A stretch of DNA of 64,000 bases from a virus: positions 32,001-96,000 of IMG/VR virus record IMGVR_UViG_3300029448_008324; one strand, given 5' to 3'. Positions 19,855 through 29,132 of this stretch are shown here, piece after piece (the stretch's first letter is position 1; each line of letters starts with the position of its first letter). The notes below the pieces were generated by a model that saw only the letters and a program-made list of their open reading frames with translations, was not told the origin of the DNA and did not search any database. The position numbers and the translations under genes were made by a program.

Positions 19855-21857
19855 GCAATAAGTTTTTGTTTTAATTCTTGTTGTAGACTTTCATCTTTTA
19901 ATTCTTCCCATATCACACTTGGAATAAATTGAACCTTTTTAAGTCCTAGAGTCAAATTATACACATCTTCTTTGGGCCATTTGAACTGCCAAATGCTTTT
20001 GTAATACTTTTCATCTTGATTAAAAGCAACATCGTCAAAATTGTAACTGATAATTTTGTTCATTCTTTGTTTGTGGCCAGTATCAAAATTCATAATTTTG
20101 GCTCTTTGCCATCTAAACAAATCTTTGATGTTAGGATCTTTTTGGACATTAATAAGACTGTGGAAGATGTTGCTAAAGATTGTCATAAAATCGTCTGGAC
20201 TTGCATGAAATCTGTATTGACTTACTCTCCTTGGATTGATAGGATATGTGCCTGTGTTGTCATAGCGTTGATACAATTTGTTTTTACCTGTCAGCCAATG
20301 CACATACAACTCAAGATCTAATCTAAAACTGTCAGGTAAGTTTTTCCAATTGGATGGATGGAATTGACGTGTGTAAGCTTTGATGAATTCGTGACTGCTG
20401 ACGCCATGATGATTTTCAAGATAATTTATTGGAGTCCTCATCCAACCCAAAAAGCCATATGTGTGACACATCATAGTCCAGTGATACCAAGATGCAGCTA
20501 ATTCTTCAGTGGTCAATGTTTCTGTTTCTATCATATGGTTGAATGTGATTTGTGCTGAGTCACCTGGTTGATCCAATAATGATCTTGAATAATGCCTTTC
20601 TGATCTGATGTAATTTTTGTTGCTTTTGAATTGATATGTGTTGCCAGGACTGGTCAGCACTGTGTTTGGAAATATCAGATACCAAAAAGGTAAAAAATGA
20701 GACAGTAAATCGTTTTTTTGAAGTTCATGCAAACTGTCTGTGAGTGTGTTATATGATTGACCAGGCATACCAAGGATGATTTCAATTTGCCCTGTTTTGT
20801 GTTCATCATTTTTTGTGAATGCTTGGAATGCTTTGATTTTTTCATATTCTTTATTGAATGGACGACCGTTCATCTTTACAATTTCAGGATTAGGATCTTG
20901 CAGAGTAATTTTGCCATAATTTCCAGCTTCGTCGTCATCATATATGCCACTGTCTTCCATCTTTTGCATCAAGTATGTGGTGAATTCAACTTGATTTTTT
21001 GCCAATGGTGGTTTTCTAAATGACAACTTGCCTTGTGCATTTTCAATGACATAATCTAGTATGTCTTCATATTCTGGCACTATCCCAAAATTTGCATCAG
21101 CAAATTCATACACACAATTGTTGTATTCTGCTAGTAGATCAATTTCTTTGTAGAGTTTTGTGATGTCACGTTTGTGAATTTTAGTCCACAAACTTGTGCC
21201 CTGTTCACAAAAACTACAACTGTAAGGACAGCCTTGTATGTACATGGTCAGAAAGACAACTTTGTTGTAGTCTTTGGTGTATTGATCCAACAGCGTTCTA
21301 ACTTCATCATTGAAATTGGTGACATAGTCAAGCACCAAAGGATCTTCACTGCGTGGCACGGGACTGTTACGCACACAACTATGACCGTTCCAATGATTAA
21401 CACCTGCCACCTTTGTGATGTTGCCGCCCACTAAATGGGTGTCTACAATAAGCCTAAATGTTTCAGCAGCTGGGCCTGGGACAACAGCATCAATGTAATG
21501 GTGTTCACGCATCCAAGCTTCTCTTGTGTCAGCGTTAGGGCCTCCTGCCACAATGATGCATTTGGGAAAATTTTGTTTGATCCATTCAGCATTTTCTAAC
21601 AACACAGATTCGTTCCACAGATATAAACTGAACCCAACTATGTCAGGTGGTGTGTTGAATAATTGCTGTTGTAGTGCAGGATTGTCCTTGATAGGAGTTG
21701 GATCATCGCTGAAACTCCAATCTTTAATTTTTGCGAAATTGCCAGGACTACGTTGAAAGTAATAATCTTTCAACCAAAAATAAATCAATGGAAAGCGTTT
21801 TTCAGCACCTTTTGTAGTGATGTCAGTGTGATAAATGGTGTTGATAAAGATGTTCAT
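19851..21857 (-). CDS. Cobalamin-binding radical SAM enzyme (class B-like)
   Basis: PDIVGFSLYLWN..IVAGGP B12-binding domain; GCPYSCSFC; DANFG; IILGMPGQ; TATAAATA at 21870-21877 (-). Confidence 0.85.
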   Translation of the reverse strand: MNIFINTIYHTDITTKGAEKRFPLIYFWLKDYYFQRSPGNFAKIKDWSFSDDPTPIKDNPALQQQLFNTPPDIVGFSLYLWNESVLLENAEWIKQNFPKCIIVAGGPNADTREAWMREHHYIDAVVPGPAAETFRLIVDTHLVGGNITKVAGVNHWNGHSCVRNSPVPRSEDPLVLDYVTNFNDEVRTLLDQYTKDYNKVVFLTMYIQGCPYSCSFCEQGTSLWTKIHKRDITKLYKEIDLLAEYNNCVYEFADANFGIVPEYEDILDYVIENAQGKLSFRKPPLAKNQVEFTTYLMQKMEDSGIYDDDEAGNYGKITLQDPNPEIVKMNGRPFNKEYEKIKAFQAFTKNDEHKTGQIEIILGMPGQSYNTLTDSLHELQKNDLLSHFLPFWYLIFPNTVLTSPGNTYQFKSNKNYIRSERHYSRSLLDQPGDSAQITFNHMIETETLTTEELAASWYHWTMMCHTYGFLGWMRTPINYLENHHGVSSHEFIKAYTRQFHPSNWKNLPDSFRLDLELYVHWLTGKNKLYQRYDNTGTYPINPRRVSQYRFHASPDDFMTIFSNIFHSLINVQKDPNIKDLFRWQRAKIMNFDTGHKQRMNKIISYNFDDVAFNQDEKYYKSIWQFKWPKEDVYNLTLGLKKVQFIPSVIWEELKDESLQQELKQKLIA

Positions 21858-21994
21858 TTGCTTTTTAAATATTTATAGGACGTCTAATACGCATTTAAAG
21901 TTTCTGTAACTTTTCTGCACATCTCCTGTAGCCTATTAACACTGTATTTTATGATTTTAATTGTATAAATTAATATTGAAAACAAGGAAACAAA

Positions 21995-22108
21995 ATGAAA
22001 AAGATTTTTAAACTCATACTATCAATAACAACACTAACAATGTTAGGCCAAAAGAAAAACGTTAAAGAGGCATACACATATGTGTCAACTAACGGAGACA
22101 AATGGTAA
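21995..22108 (+). CDS. Small protein, 37 aa
   Basis: AAGGA SD; MKKIFKLILSITTLTMLGQKK...KW. Confidence 0.5.
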   Translation: MKKIFKLILSITTLTMLGQKKNVKEAYTYVSTNGDKW

Positions 22109-22112
22109 ACAC

Positions 22113-22304
22113 ATGCACAAATTATTTGAAAACACAACAAAGAATATTAATAAATTCACTAATTTTGTTAGCCGTATGTTTAGTGATGGCGACAAAAATC
22201 TCATTAAGTTTTGCAGAATTGAATACGGAAATGATTGGCAGTGGGCGTACCTTAGGTATAAAAAGCAAGGACAATTCCCTAATACCCTTAGAAAAGTGGC
22301 CTAG
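22113..22304 (+). CDS. Small hypothetical protein
   Basis: MHKLFE...LIKFCRIEYGNDWQWAY; stop overlaps the next start. Confidence 0.6.
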   Translation: MHKLFENTTKNINKFTNFVSRMFSDGDKNLIKFCRIEYGNDWQWAYLRYKKQGQFPNTLRKVA

Positions 22305-22474
22305 TGCCTGAACCACAAATTTGGTTCTTTATTATTACGGCACTGATGCTGGTGATCGGTGCAATCATAATGATGATAAAGATTACACCAACACCAGAAG
22401 AAGACGAACGACGCTGGAATTGGATGCTTGGAAAAGGTCCAGATCCATATAGAAAGGAAAAGAAATATGAGTAG
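22304..22474 (+). CDS. Small membrane protein, 56 aa
   Basis: GTG start; MPEPQIWFFIITALMLVIGAIIMMIK one-TM segment. Confidence 0.6.
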   Translation: MPEPQIWFFIITALMLVIGAIIMMIKITPTPEEDERRWNWMLGKGPDPYRKEKKYE

Positions 22475-22601
22475 AATTACAGTTAACATATTAAAAGACA
22501 GCACAAATACCGATAGTTACAAGTATTCAAATTTGAATCTTTTGAGAATTGTAATGGCCGGCAACAACAAAGCAAAAAACATCAGCAGGAGATACAAATA
22601 A
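22467..22601 (+). CDS. Small protein, 44 aa
   Basis: AAGGA SD; MSRITVNILKD...RRYK. Confidence 0.5.
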   Translation: MSRITVNILKDSTNTDSYKYSNLNLLRIVMAGNNKAKNISRRYK

Positions 22602-22605
22602 AAAA

Positions 22606-22746
22606 ATGCAATATCTTAAAAACTTACTGAACGCACTTAGACCACAATCCAAACAAGAATGGATTGAAGAATACCTATCAAAGTCTGTGGATAGATATGA
22701 TCTTGAAGCACGACAACTTGAACTGACCAGAAAAGGCATTTACTAG
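22606..22746 (+). CDS. DUF3563-like small protein, 46 aa
   Basis: AGGAG SD; EEYLSKSVDRYDLEARQLEL resembles the DUF3563 motif. Confidence 0.65.
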   Translation: MQYLKNLLNALRPQSKQEWIEEYLSKSVDRYDLEARQLELTRKGIY

Positions 22747-22747
22747 T

Positions 22748-22927
22748 ATGATCAATCATAGACTAGAAGAATGGGCAACGAAGTTTAGAGCGTCCAAACT
22801 CTATCTTCGTGCTCTAAGCCGCAAAAAACAAGAAAAAAAACCCCATTACACCACACATCAACATGCACATACTATAAACAAAAAAGTTTTAGAAGCATCG
22901 AGATTCACCCAATATACTTCATTTTAG
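22748..22927 (+). CDS. Small basic protein, 59 aa
   Basis: Fills the gap exactly between neighbours; MINHRLEEWATKF... Confidence 0.5.
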   Translation: MINHRLEEWATKFRASKLYLRALSRKKQEKKPHYTTHQHAHTINKKVLEASRFTQYTSF

Positions 22928-23125
22928 ATGCCTACCACAACAGGAGATTACATCATGTTGTTTTTCATGATCTTAGCTGCCCTGATGGTAATTGTAGGCG
23001 TGATATTAATGGCAGTCAACAATCAATACAATAAAAAATATTCAAACCAACTTATGCAAGCAAGAGTTATGTTTCAAGGAATAGCACTTGCAGTGTTATT
23101 TGTGGTGGTTTGGTTATCCACATAA
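22928..23125 (+). CDS. HIG1-domain twin-transmembrane small protein
   Basis: Two TM helices with NKKYSNQLMQARVMFQGIA. Confidence 0.85.
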   Translation: MPTTTGDYIMLFFMILAALMVIVGVILMAVNNQYNKKYSNQLMQARVMFQGIALAVLFVVVWLST

Positions 23126-23139
23126 TTCTAATCATTTCA

Positions 23140-23168
23140 TTGCAATAAGCGGACAGATTTGCTAAAAT
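23140..23168 (+). promoter_or_regulatory. sigma70-type promoter for the permease
   Basis: TTGCAA-N17-TAAAAT; GAGGAG SD. Confidence 0.7.
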
Positions 23169-23200
23169 ATTGTATCCAATAATTAGAGGAGATAACAAAT

Positions 23201-24496
23201 ATGTTAGAAAAACTGTTTGGCCTATCAAAGGCCGGCACTTCTGTGAAAACGGAAATCATGGCTGGTGTGGCCACATTCTTAACAATGGCATACATCACTG
23301 TGGTTAACCCGGCTATACTTTCAACAGAAGGTACCGGCATGGCATTTGGAGCTGTGTTTACAGCAACAATCATTGCCGCTGTGATAGGTACATTAATCAT
23401 GGGACTGTGGGCCAAGTGGCCTGTGGCTCTCGCACCCGGCATGGGACTCAATGCATTTTTTACATTTGGTGTAATTTTTGGCATGGGGTACACATACAGT
23501 CAGGCGTTGGCAGCTGTGTTTGTGGCAGGACTTGTGTTCTTGTTACTTTCAGTGACGCCAGCAAGACGTTATATTATTAATTCAATTCCGCGTTCAATGA
23601 AACTTGGCATTGGTGCAGGAATTGGTTTGTTCCTTGCAATCATCGGCTTTAAGAATGCCGGCATTGTAGTAGACAATCCAGCCACCCTTGTAGGTTTAGG
23701 TGATATTTCATCATGGCCTGTATTGTTGGCAGGTCTTGGATTTGCAATAATGGCAATCCTTGACAAACGCAAAATACCTGGTGCAATCATCATTGGTATC
23801 CTAGCAACAAGTATTATTGCTTGGGTGTTTGGTGTTGCAGATATATCTGGAGTGGTAGGAGCAATCCCGTCACCAACACATGCTTTCTCACTTGACTTTT
23901 CATTGTTAGCAACAGCAGGCTTCATAGGCACTGCATTTGCATTCTTGTTTGTTGACTTTTTTGACACAGCAGGGACATTAACTTCTGTGGCAAATCTCAC
24001 AGGCAAAGTTAATAAAAAAACAGGAGAAGTTGAAGGCATAGACAAGGCATTACTGGCTGATTCAACTGCGACAACTGTTGGTGCATTGATGGGAACATCA
24101 AACACAACATCATATATTGAATCAGGTGCAGGTATTAAAGAAGGCGGAAAAACAGGACTGACTGCGGTAACAGTGGCAGTGCTGTTCTTAGCATGTCTTA
24201 TTTTTGCTCCATTGGCACAAAGCATACCTGCTTTTGCTACTGGTCCTGCTTTGGTGTTTATTGCCACATACTTCCTTAGAAATCTCAAAGATATCGACTG
24301 GGAAGATGTATCAGAATATGCTCCGGCGGTGTTGGCGGCAATCATCATGCCATTAACATTTTCCATTGCATATGGTATTGCACTTGGTTTTATTGCTTAT
24401 GTGTTGATCAAAGCACTGAGTGGTAGAACATCAGATCTAAACGGTGGCTCATTGGCCATTGCGGCGGTAAGTGTTTTATACTTTGTAGCGGTATAA
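23201..24496 (+). CDS. NCS2 / AzgA-family purine permease
   Basis: TEIMAGVATFLTMAYI.VVNP.IL, APGMGLNAFF, DFFDTAGT, TTSYIESGAG..EGGKTG. Confidence 0.93.
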   Translation: MLEKLFGLSKAGTSVKTEIMAGVATFLTMAYITVVNPAILSTEGTGMAFGAVFTATIIAAVIGTLIMGLWAKWPVALAPGMGLNAFFTFGVIFGMGYTYSQALAAVFVAGLVFLLLSVTPARRYIINSIPRSMKLGIGAGIGLFLAIIGFKNAGIVVDNPATLVGLGDISSWPVLLAGLGFAIMAILDKRKIPGAIIIGILATSIIAWVFGVADISGVVGAIPSPTHAFSLDFSLLATAGFIGTAFAFLFVDFFDTAGTLTSVANLTGKVNKKTGEVEGIDKALLADSTATTVGALMGTSNTTSYIESGAGIKEGGKTGLTAVTVAVLFLACLIFAPLAQSIPAFATGPALVFIATYFLRNLKDIDWEDVSEYAPAVLAAIIMPLTFSIAYGIALGFIAYVLIKALSGRTSDLNGGSLAIAAVSVLYFVAV

Positions 24497-24508
24497 TTTT
24501 ACTTTGAT

Positions 24509-24528
24509 GGGGGTGTGTTTGCACCCCC
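24509..24528 (+). terminator. G5/C5 hairpin after the permease
   Basis: GGGGGTGT-GTTT-GCACCCCC. Confidence 0.55.
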
Positions 24529-24541
24529 TTAAATACCCTTT

Positions 24542-25444
24542 ATGCTCAATCCTACATCATGGCACATAGAACCAACATCAAGATGCACACTTGAATGTCC
24601 TGGTTGCGATCGAACATGGTATAGGAACACATTTGGCAAACAGATCATCCAAGATATTGATGTTGCGGCATTAACCAATTTTTTCTCTGTGAATAACTTT
24701 TTAGGTTCACAAATTAGATTGTGTGGCAACAACGGGGATCCCATCTATCATCCAAAATTTATCAGTTTGCTTGAGTCACTCAAATCACAAAATCACAGTG
24801 TGAGAATACACACAAACGCCTCAGCAAAAACTGATCGATTTTGGCAACAAGTTTGTGATTGTTTAGACCACAAAGATCAAATTGTTTTTGCAATTGATGG
24901 ACTTCAAGATACCAATCACTTGTATAGAAAAAATTCAAACTGGCAACAAATCATGATGGCAGTCAACACTGTGGTGGGATGTGGCATTAACACAGAATGG
25001 CAATTTATTGTGTTCAAACAAAATCAACATCAAATCCAACAAGCACAAACATTATCTAAACAGTTGGGTATCAACAATTTTAGAGTGCATAAATCTCATC
25101 GATGGATTGACGACAGTCTTGATCAATATATGCCTGACAAAGAATACGTTGAAGAAATATATTTTGATCATCAGGAGATAGTTGATGGTGTTGTGTCCAA
25201 AGGCACCATGGAACCCATGTGTGGTATGAATAGAGAAACATTCATTGATTCTAATGGTAATATTTTTCCATGCTGTTGGACAGCAACATATCGATTTCAA
25301 TACAAACATGCCTTTGGAAAACAGCCAATCAACATTGCAATGGGCAAATACCAACTGCCTGAGGCACACTCAGATTATATTGAAAGCACTAAAACGTGGC
25401 AAACAGCACAATTAGTATGTAGGTTGCATTGTGCAAAAAATTAA
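24542..25444 (+). CDS. Radical SAM protein with C-terminal SPASM/twitch-like domain
   Basis: CTLECPGC, GNNGDP, IDGL; C-terminal C..FIDSNGNIFPCC..C..C. Confidence 0.88.
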   Translation: MLNPTSWHIEPTSRCTLECPGCDRTWYRNTFGKQIIQDIDVAALTNFFSVNNFLGSQIRLCGNNGDPIYHPKFISLLESLKSQNHSVRIHTNASAKTDRFWQQVCDCLDHKDQIVFAIDGLQDTNHLYRKNSNWQQIMMAVNTVVGCGINTEWQFIVFKQNQHQIQQAQTLSKQLGINNFRVHKSHRWIDDSLDQYMPDKEYVEEIYFDHQEIVDGVVSKGTMEPMCGMNRETFIDSNGNIFPCCWTATYRFQYKHAFGKQPINIAMGKYQLPEAHSDYIESTKTWQTAQLVCRLHCAKN

Positions 25445-25459
25445 TATATATTATCAATA

Positions 25460-25531
25460 ATGAATACTAATACTAAAGATACAAAAGAAAAACCAATAAT
25501 TATTATTGAAGATGATGGTTATTGTGACTAA
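25460..25531 (+). CDS. Putative 23-aa peptide
   Basis: MNTNTKDTKEKPIIIIEDDGYCD, between the radical SAM and tRNA-Thr. Confidence 0.4.
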   Translation: MNTNTKDTKEKPIIIIEDDGYCD

Positions 25532-25533
25532 AT

Positions 25534-25609
<76 letters not shown>

Positions 25610-25611
25610 TT

Positions 25612-25687
25612 GGGGGATTAGCTCAGTTGGGAGAGCGCCTCGTTTGCAACGAGGAGGTCGCAGGTTCGACCCCTGTATCCTCCACCA
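25612..25687 (+). tRNA. tRNA-Ala(TGC)
   Basis: Cloverleaf with G3:U70, anticodon TGC, encoded CCA. Confidence 0.95.
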
Positions 25688-25699
25688 AAAGGAGATAAA

Positions 25700-25909
25700 A
25701 TGGAAAAAACTATAATTAATGCCTTAAAAAAACATGCTGAAGGTCAAATTGCCAAGCACAGAGTCAACGTAGAAATCTACATGCAAAATGCTGTTGGTGT
25801 AGGAGAACACACTGACATATTAGAAAGCATAGAGAAGGAACTTAATTCAATAGGTAAGTATGAAGAACAAATTGAGGTTTTGAAAAAACACTTTTCTAAT
25901 GAAGATTAA
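25700..25909 (+). CDS. Hypothetical phage protein
   Basis: AAGGAG SD; NVEIYMQNAVGVGEH. Confidence 0.75.
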   Translation: MEKTIINALKKHAEGQIAKHRVNVEIYMQNAVGVGEHTDILESIEKELNSIGKYEEQIEVLKKHFSNED

Positions 25910-26213
25910 AGTCATAGACAGAAGTGGCAACGGTTCTGAAATCCCCGCTGAAGTTGGAATGTCTATCGAATCTGCAATCACACAGGCAGGCGTAGAAGAC
26001 AGTTTCGGCATATGCGGGGGTGCTTGTGCTTGTGCATCTTGTCAAGTGTATGTTGCCAAAGAAGACTATGACAAATTGACAGCACCAGATGAAGGAGAAA
26101 CTGCTGTGTTGGAAGACATGGCATATGAACTGCAACCAACATCAAGACTCAGTTGTCAAATGGAAGTGACTCCAAATATGGAAGGCATGACTTTTACCAT
26201 TGCTCCATATTAA
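25899..26213 (+). CDS. fdx: 2Fe-2S ferredoxin (adrenodoxin/ISC type)
   Basis: CGGACACASC...SRLSCQ. Confidence 0.92.
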   Translation: MKIKVIDRSGNGSEIPAEVGMSIESAITQAGVEDSFGICGGACACASCQVYVAKEDYDKLTAPDEGETAVLEDMAYELQPTSRLSCQMEVTPNMEGMTFTIAPY

Positions 26214-26215
26214 GC

Positions 26216-27331
26216 ATGTTTTTTTCTTTATCACAAAAACAAGAGCATAATTTTCCTTTTCATTATGAATTGCCTAACGGTCTTGTGCTGAGCACAGATG
26301 ACGGCTGGCGTGTATTCAACATCAAAAATTTTAAAATAATATTCAAAGGCTATGCCAACAATTTACCTTGTCATAAACTAGTAGAGCAATTGCTGGATAA
26401 TACCCAACCGCATGCAAAAGGTAATTTTTGTGCATTTATTTCAGACTCCAACAGCACAAGATTGTTGCATGACACAGACAGAAGTTTTCCATTATGGGTC
26501 AATCAAAATACAATAACAAATCTACAACATTTAGATGAACAGATATGGGCCGACTGTGTGTTGACTGTAGACAACCATTTTAAAATTACAAAAGATCATT
26601 ATAATTGTTATGCCAAAAATACTAACAACTTTTCAGATGACAAAATAGTGGATCAAATACATCATACTATTCTTGAAACATACGAACAGTTTTTAACACA
26701 CAATACTAAACCATTAAAAATATTTTTAACTGGCGGGTTGGACACCATAACCAGTTGGGCATATCTTGATCACTTTACAAAAAACTATGAGATTGTTGAT
26801 TATGAATATATGAAGTATACAGATTTTTATAAAAAAAATTCAACATTAGTAAGAAAACATTGGGGCTATCTACAAATACATCTGTGGGATCAAGATTGTG
26901 TGTTAGTGTCTGGCGCTAATGGCGATGAAAATTTTTTAAGAGGCCCTTACACACTCGCAATGATGTTGAAAAAACATGGCATCGAATTTAAAGACATATT
27001 ACAAAAAGATGACTATCATTACACTTACTTGATCAAAAAAGATATCAGCAACAATGTAAACGATTGGTATGCACAGACTAATGATGTAGTAGATTGGATT
27101 TTAAATAGGAATATTAATGATCATCAACATTGGCATCTTGATAATACTATTACATTCACTCCATTCAAAGACATCAGTATACTTGCGTCCGTTTTAACCT
27201 TGGGCAAGGATATGTTAATCAAACAAGCTAGACGTGGTGAAGTTAATAGGCAACTGATTACAAAATTAGATGCCAACAAATTGGTGAAAATTAGTAAACA
27301 AAAGAACTATAATCCTATGGAGCATGTATGA
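26216..27331 (+). CDS. Divergent asparagine-synthetase-like (N-type ATP pyrophosphatase) protein
   Basis: FLTGGLDT and SGANGDE motifs; lacks the N-terminal Cys; start moved to 26216. Confidence 0.6.
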   Translation: MFFSLSQKQEHNFPFHYELPNGLVLSTDDGWRVFNIKNFKIIFKGYANNLPCHKLVEQLLDNTQPHAKGNFCAFISDSNSTRLLHDTDRSFPLWVNQNTITNLQHLDEQIWADCVLTVDNHFKITKDHYNCYAKNTNNFSDDKIVDQIHHTILETYEQFLTHNTKPLKIFLTGGLDTITSWAYLDHFTKNYEIVDYEYMKYTDFYKKNSTLVRKHWGYLQIHLWDQDCVLVSGANGDENFLRGPYTLAMMLKKHGIEFKDILQKDDYHYTYLIKKDISNNVNDWYAQTNDVVDWILNRNINDHQHWHLDNTITFTPFKDISILASVLTLGKDMLIKQARRGEVNRQLITKLDANKLVKISKQKNYNPMEHV

Positions 27332-28443
27332 AGTGTAAATTTTTAGAACATGGTGTTGTGCTCCAATATGAAAAATCAGTTAAGCCTTGTTGTGTATGGA
27401 AGACCGATGATTGGCATCATCCTATAGCAAACACTGACTTAACCAAATGGTTTGATTTGCCACAACTAGAGCAAGCAAGAAATAAACTAGCACAAGGCAT
27501 TTGGCCAAAAAATTGTTCTAAATGCGAACGACAAGAATCATCAGGCAGAGGCGACAGCATGAGGTTAAATGGTAAAAGTGCATATGGTGATTATAGCAAT
27601 GATGAAATTACACTAGAAATAAGACCAGGTAATACTTGTAATTTTTCCTGTCAAAGTTGTTGGCCTGAAGCAAGTAGTCGTGTGGCAAGTCATCATCGAC
27701 AAGCATTTGGGATTGGAAATGTTGTTAGTGAACGTTATACTGATTACAGCATTTTAGACTCTGTTGCTCATCGCATCCGAGACATTGTGGTGTTGGGCGG
27801 TGAACCGTTTTATGACAAAAGTTGTTTGAAGTTTTTTGAATGGCTACAAGAAAAAAATTTAGACGCAGGTTTACTAGTTTTTACAAATGCAAGTATGATC
27901 GACTTTGACTTTGTCGAATCATATCAAGGAAAACTGACCATGCATGTAAGTTTGGATGCATTTGGGCGAGTGGCTGAATACGTCAGACAAGGCACAGAAT
28001 GGGACACTGTAAAAAGAAATTATGACAGATTAATGGACACACCCAACGTGGATGTTAGGGTAAACATCACAGCAAGTGTTTACAACTATCCTTTTATATC
28101 AGAACTTGTTGAATGGCTGGCACAGGATTGGCCTGGCATTGTAACTTTTGGCACAGCGTTCCAGCCATATCTACAAGAATCTGTTGTGCCCAAACACCTT
28201 GTAGAAAAAATTGCCCAAGACCTTGAACGCACAACAAAAATCATATGGCAATCAAAGATTCCAGAGCATCAACAACACAATGCATCAAATGCCTTGCAAG
28301 ACATTGCCAACAAACTGCTGACCAAAGAGTTTGATGCCACACTGCATGACCAATTTGTCAATCATTGCACAAAGTTGGATGAGGTTAAGAATTTGTATGG
28401 TGAAGATTATGATGAATATTTTGCACGGGTAAAAATAAAATGA
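27328..28443 (+). CDS. Radical SAM protein with N-terminal twitch-like domain
   Basis: KPCC..C..C, then GNTCNFSCQSC, GGEP, TNAS, SLD, YVRQG. Confidence 0.88.
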   Translation: MKCKFLEHGVVLQYEKSVKPCCVWKTDDWHHPIANTDLTKWFDLPQLEQARNKLAQGIWPKNCSKCERQESSGRGDSMRLNGKSAYGDYSNDEITLEIRPGNTCNFSCQSCWPEASSRVASHHRQAFGIGNVVSERYTDYSILDSVAHRIRDIVVLGGEPFYDKSCLKFFEWLQEKNLDAGLLVFTNASMIDFDFVESYQGKLTMHVSLDAFGRVAEYVRQGTEWDTVKRNYDRLMDTPNVDVRVNITASVYNYPFISELVEWLAQDWPGIVTFGTAFQPYLQESVVPKHLVEKIAQDLERTTKIIWQSKIPEHQQHNASNALQDIANKLLTKEFDATLHDQFVNHCTKLDEVKNLYGEDYDEYFARVKIK

Positions 28444-28718
28444 ACGCAATAGCAAAATTTTGGAAGGAGTCTTACACTTCTAATCCATTGGCATTTTACA
28501 TCGAGGCAGTATCAGCTGTGTCTGTGATCATTGGATCAGCAATCCTAACATACACAGTGTTAGACCCAAGACCTGATATATTTGTGCCTTTTTACTTTGT
28601 GGGCAGTTCAACAGGACTATGGGGTGCTGTGCTTAGAAAAACAGCATGGATTGTTGTATTGACTGCTTGGTTTACAACTATGAACACAATTGCACTGTAT
28701 CAATTGTTTTTAACTTAG
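28440..28718 (+). CDS. Small membrane protein
   Basis: 92 aa with three hydrophobic segments. Confidence 0.7.
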   Translation: MNAIAKFWKESYTSNPLAFYIEAVSAVSVIIGSAILTYTVLDPRPDIFVPFYFVGSSTGLWGAVLRKTAWIVVLTAWFTTMNTIALYQLFLT

Positions 28719-28807
28719 GAGGGATGGCAGAGTGGTTGATTGCACTGGTCTTGAAAACCAGCATAGGCGCAAGTCTATCGAGAGTTCGAATCTCTCTCCC
28801 TCCGCCA
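28718..28807 (+). tRNA. tRNA-Ser(TGA)
   Basis: GGAGGGA/TCCCTCC acceptor stem, long variable arm, loop CTTGAAA, G73, CCA. Confidence 0.93.
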
Positions 28808-28808
28808 C

Positions 28809-29072
28809 ATGACCAGTCAGACTCCGCATACTGAAAAAGATTTTGATAGTCAATACAAATGGAAAATTTACATACCCACAACCAAAGGTTGGCCACAAGG
28901 CATGAGTAAAGCATTCAAGATTAAATCACAGTATGATGCATGGCTGTCAGAAAACAACATCAAAGGCATATCATTTTACAATATGCTATACTTGACACGT
29001 GACCAAGATGTTGTATACTTTAAGTTGAGTTGGCCTGGCGAACAAGAATACAATGTGGTGCAACTGAGATAG
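28809..29072 (+). CDS. Hypothetical protein
   Basis: 87-aa ORF starting 1 nt after the tRNA CCA. Confidence 0.6.
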   Translation: MTSQTPHTEKDFDSQYKWKIYIPTTKGWPQGMSKAFKIKSQYDAWLSENNIKGISFYNMLYLTRDQDVVYFKLSWPGEQEYNVVQLR

Positions 29073-29083
29073 TGTCTACTTTT

Positions 29084-29111
29084 ACGGGTTCGATTCCCGT
29101 AGGGGATGCCA
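29084..29111 (+). pseudogene. 3' remnant of a tRNA (Glu-like)
   Basis: ACGGG-TTCGATT-CCCGT-AGGGGAT-G-CCA; no 5' half upstream. Confidence 0.7.
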
Positions 29112-29132
29112 AATTTAATTTTAAATATCTTT

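Noticed and set aside
21858-21994. Cobalamin riboswitch before the B12 enzyme, or purine riboswitch before the permease (23126-23200)
   Set aside because: No recognisable conserved cores, and the promoters lie too close to the starts
22102-22311. Alternative 69-aa ORF overlapping 22113-22304
   Set aside because: The other frame looks more protein-like and couples to the next gene; dual coding is not excluded but is unsupported
23569-24366. 265-aa antisense ORF within the permease, and other shadow ORFs such as 63175-63753 and 7789-8118
   Set aside because: Mirror-frame artefacts of codon bias in well-supported genes
28646-28914. ORFs overlapping tRNA-Ser
   Set aside because: They are translations of the tRNA sequence
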